NCBI RefSeq assembly: GCF_044704955.1
Contig: NW_027252779.1
Coordinates: 7,254,001 to 7,318,000 of the forward strand
Source of the DNA: Pristiophorus japonicus
Lineage: Eukaryota
Reading direction: 5' to 3'
DNA length: 64,000 nucleotides
Both the position numbers and the translations under genes were made by a program. This document shows positions 61,006 through 64,000 of this stretch, in pieces (the first letter of the stretch is position 1; every line of letters begins with the position of its first letter). The notes beneath the pieces are model-generated. The model was not told where the DNA came from, did no database searches, and was given only the letters and a program-made list of their open reading frames with translations.

Positions 61006-62130
61006 AACATTGGATGAAATGGTCTAATTATGTTTCCCTGGGGCTTAATACAGTGTTTACTTTAAGAATTATCAATAATTTATCGTGGAATCAATAAATG
61101 AAATGAAAATAAATAGATGTTTGATCAAGGGGAGATCAAATGATAGAACTACCTTTATTCCTGCAGACGAAAGCACCGTACCCAGGTACCAGGACAAAAA
61201 GGACCAGAACCTCTCAGGAAACCATCGTGTCCCGGCGTCAGTCAGCATTTGGAGCAGTGTAATTCGCTTCTGTGCCCCTGGATTAGCGAGTTGGAAATTG
61301 CGCTGTCTTCCTGCTTGGTTAGAGTATCCATTATATTTAGAAGAGAAATGAATGCAACAACAAACTGCAATACGATTTCCCTCAGCATGCAATGATTACT
61401 GGAAATTGTATTTAAAATGTACGGATATTATATGACAATGCTAAGATAGCGAATACGTATGCACTGCAGTTACAAATAAAAAGGTCTGAGAGAATGTGGT
61501 AAAGATTTAGTTTTTTGCATTTTTGTTGAAATACTGCAATTGTCGCTTATTGAAAGGAAGATATTCCAAATAAAATTCCAAAAAATAAGCACCGAAATAA
61601 AATAAATAGTTATCTTTGACCAGGTAATGCCCGACAATATGCATGTATTAGTATCGAGACCATGTGAGTTATTCCTCAGGCAAAGAATCAGCGAACGATT
61701 TAGTAAAGGATATTAACAAAAATGGAGAGATTTGTCCATGCACTTTCTCACTTGCTGGATTTCACTTGTCCACAGAAAATTAGACGAGAAAATTTGAATA
61801 GACTTTCATATTCTCAAAACTTCGGTTAAATTAGCTGTGATTATTTATCCTGAAATATAGCAGGAGGCGATAGAGAAATGTGCCAGACAGACATGGCATC
61901 CACGTGTAAATTCATGACAAAATTTGGAATAATGCAAGAGAGATCTGTCTGAATGAACATTTTGTGAAACTGTAAATTATCCTTGTGATCCTACACTGAC
62001 CATCAGAAGCAGTGCCACGAATGCAGAACTGCACAGGTTTGCAAAGGAGACACTGACTGGAACTGAAAGATGACTAGACTTTTCAAACATTAATGATGAT
62101 CTTCCAGGATTTGTTCCAGTGACTTTATTT

Positions 62131-62759
62131 CAGTAACCATACCGAGCATTAGGTGCCATGGTGTATGTCCGTAACCACACCTAGCATTAGGTGCGATGTG
62201 TCAGTAACCATACCGAACATTAGGTGACTGTGTGTGTGCCAGTAACCATACCGAGCATTAGGTTACTGTGTATGGGACAGTAACCATACCGTGCATTCGG
62301 TGACTGTGTTTCAGCAACTATAAAGGGCATTAGGTGAGAATGAGTCAGCAACCATACCAAACTTTAGGTGAGTGAGTGTCAATAAACATACCGAACATTA
62401 ATTAACTGTGTGTGTTAGTAACCATACTGGACATTAGGTGACTGTATTTCATTAACCGTACCGAGCAATAGGTGACAGTGGGTGTTAATAACCATACCTA
62501 GCATTAGAATACTGTGTGTCATTAACCATACCGAATATAGGTGACATTGTGTGTCAGTAAACATAATGGACATTAGGTGAAAATGAGTGTCATTAAGCGT
62601 ACCAAACAATAGGTGCCAGTGTGTGTCAATAACCATAGTGGACATTTAATGACAGTGCGTGTCAGTAACAATGCCGGAGATTAGGTGAGAGTGTGTGTCA
62701 GTAACATACCTTCAATTAGGTGAATGTGTGTGTCAGTAACCATAATGAGCATTAGGTGA
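62131..62759. repeat. ~35-bp minisatellite, about 18 copies
   Basis: Unit cagtaaccataccgagcattaggtgactgtgtgtgt with a variable GT-rich end. Confidence 0.95.
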
Positions 62760-62761
62760 AA

Positions 62762-62890
62762 ACAGCAGTAAAATATTGTGGATGTTGGAAACGTGAAATG
62801 GATAAATCAAATGATGGAAATACCCGGCAGGTCAGGCAGCACCCATGGAGAGAGTAACACAGTTACGTTTCAGGTCGATGATCTTAATCC
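62762..62890 (-). mobile_element. Penelope-like terminal repeat fragment
   Basis: Reverse complement of the 34715-34850 segment (tcatcgacctgaaacgt...gctgcctgacctgc); related fragments at ~5535-5630 and ~28320-28380. Confidence 0.6.
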
Positions 62891-63218
62891 ATCGTGTCTC
62901 AGGTCCAGTAAACCAAGGCAACATTCATTTCACTGTTACAAACGTTCAGGAGAGAGAGAGAAGACTGAAATTCGTTTAATAAAATTTCGCGACCAATTTT
63001 TTTGCCTGAGTTGAATATAGAAAATTAGAATCTTGGTAAAACGTTTCACTTTCAAAATTAATTGCCAACGGAAGAGTGAATAGGATAGCGAGGACGAGGA
63101 GAGAAACACATATATGCAATACTTTCAGAATTAATCCCTGGATAGAAATTACCAGGGACTTCCCCAGCAGTGTGAAATGGGACTAACTCGGGGGATGAGG
63201 CAATGGTGGGATTTGATG

Positions 63219-63475
63219 ATAGAATCATAGAAATTTACAGTGCAGATGAATGCCATTCGGCCCACCGTTTCCGAGCTAGCTGACAAAGACGTACCCAATC
63301 TAATCCCACTTTCCAGTTCTTGTTCCATTGCCTTGTAGGTTATATCACTTATATCCAAGTACTTTTTAAATGTGGTGAGATTCCCTGCCTCTACCAACCT
63401 TTAGCAGTGAGTTCCAGACCACTATCCCACACTGCGCGAATAAACATTTCTCCTGAAATCCCCTCAAAAACTCCT
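63219..63475 (-). mobile_element. CR1 3' end
   Basis: VEAGNLTTFKKYLD and reverse atagaatcatagaa tail. Confidence 0.75.
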
Positions 63476-64000
63476 AAGACTGAAGATAAATCTTAAATAA
63501 GGAAATATTAAAACCGAGAGATTGTAGGATCAGGAGCAAATTTTGATCAGTGATCATGGCAGTGATTGTGGAAAGGTACTTGGTGCGAGATATGATGTGG
63601 ACAGCAGAGTTTTGTACGATTTCACGAAAAGATGAGGCTAGATGAAACAAATAAATGGATGAGTGTTTATGCAGCACAAAGCCTGATATGGTGCAGAGAG
63701 CAGACGAAATTATGGAGGAAATAGTTGGCAGGATTTCTAATTCGGAGAATGTGAGGTCGGAACTCAGCTCCGGGCCAAAGAAAAGGCACAGTTTGCGAGC
63801 TGTCATATTCAGCATCAGATATTGCTCAATGAGCGGGAATATATCGATAGACAGAAAGCTGAGTTTGTGATAAGGACCAGCGACTTAACTGGCAAGCACA
63901 ATAATACAGTGAAACATGATTTACAGATCTAATTGCTGGATTTAGAATCTTACCATGGACAGCAAATTCAACCGAGATGACAGAGTAAATTACAAGAACA

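Noticed and set aside
62131-62759. CRISPR-like appearance of the 35-bp array
   Set aside because: Units are contiguous; the variable part is only a short GT-rich tract rather than unique spacers; there are no cas genes and the context is eukaryotic.
63149-63220. Candidate GPCR exon 1 (minus strand ...GEVP followed by gtaatt)
   Set aside because: Phase and donor fit, but the upstream residues are not hydrophobic, there is no ATG, and it abuts a CR1 tail.

Overview
Eukaryotic, repeat-saturated genomic DNA. It is most likely from a cartilaginous fish, inferred from the repeat families and the GPR139-like receptor; the sequence alone does not prove this. Most of the window is nested, decayed retroelements: many CR1 LINE fragments on both strands, RTE fragments, two Gypsy LTR remnants, one Penelope-like element, SINE tails and several minisatellites. 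The only credible host protein-coding sequence is the large exon of a class A GPCR (GPR139/GPR142-like, minus strand, 57844-58784), which appears damaged. Between the transposons lie about 19 tRNA genes or pseudogenes of many isotypes, the remains of a multi-isotype tRNA cluster; only tRNA-His is near-intact. Four structures stand out. (1) An unspliced pre-tRNA-Arg(TCG), with leader, 16-nt intron and trailer, is inserted into a young CR1 with a 14-bp target-site duplication; a second degenerate Arg(TCG) copy has a same-length intron. (2) A tRNA-Gly is split by a 436-bp insert that carries a tRNA-Trp. (3) A Gypsy element with a 5-bp TSD sits 12 bp upstream of that tRNA-Gly, a Ty3-like position. 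(4) There is a ~0.5-kb inverted duplication. All alignments were done by eye, and transposon boundaries are approximate.
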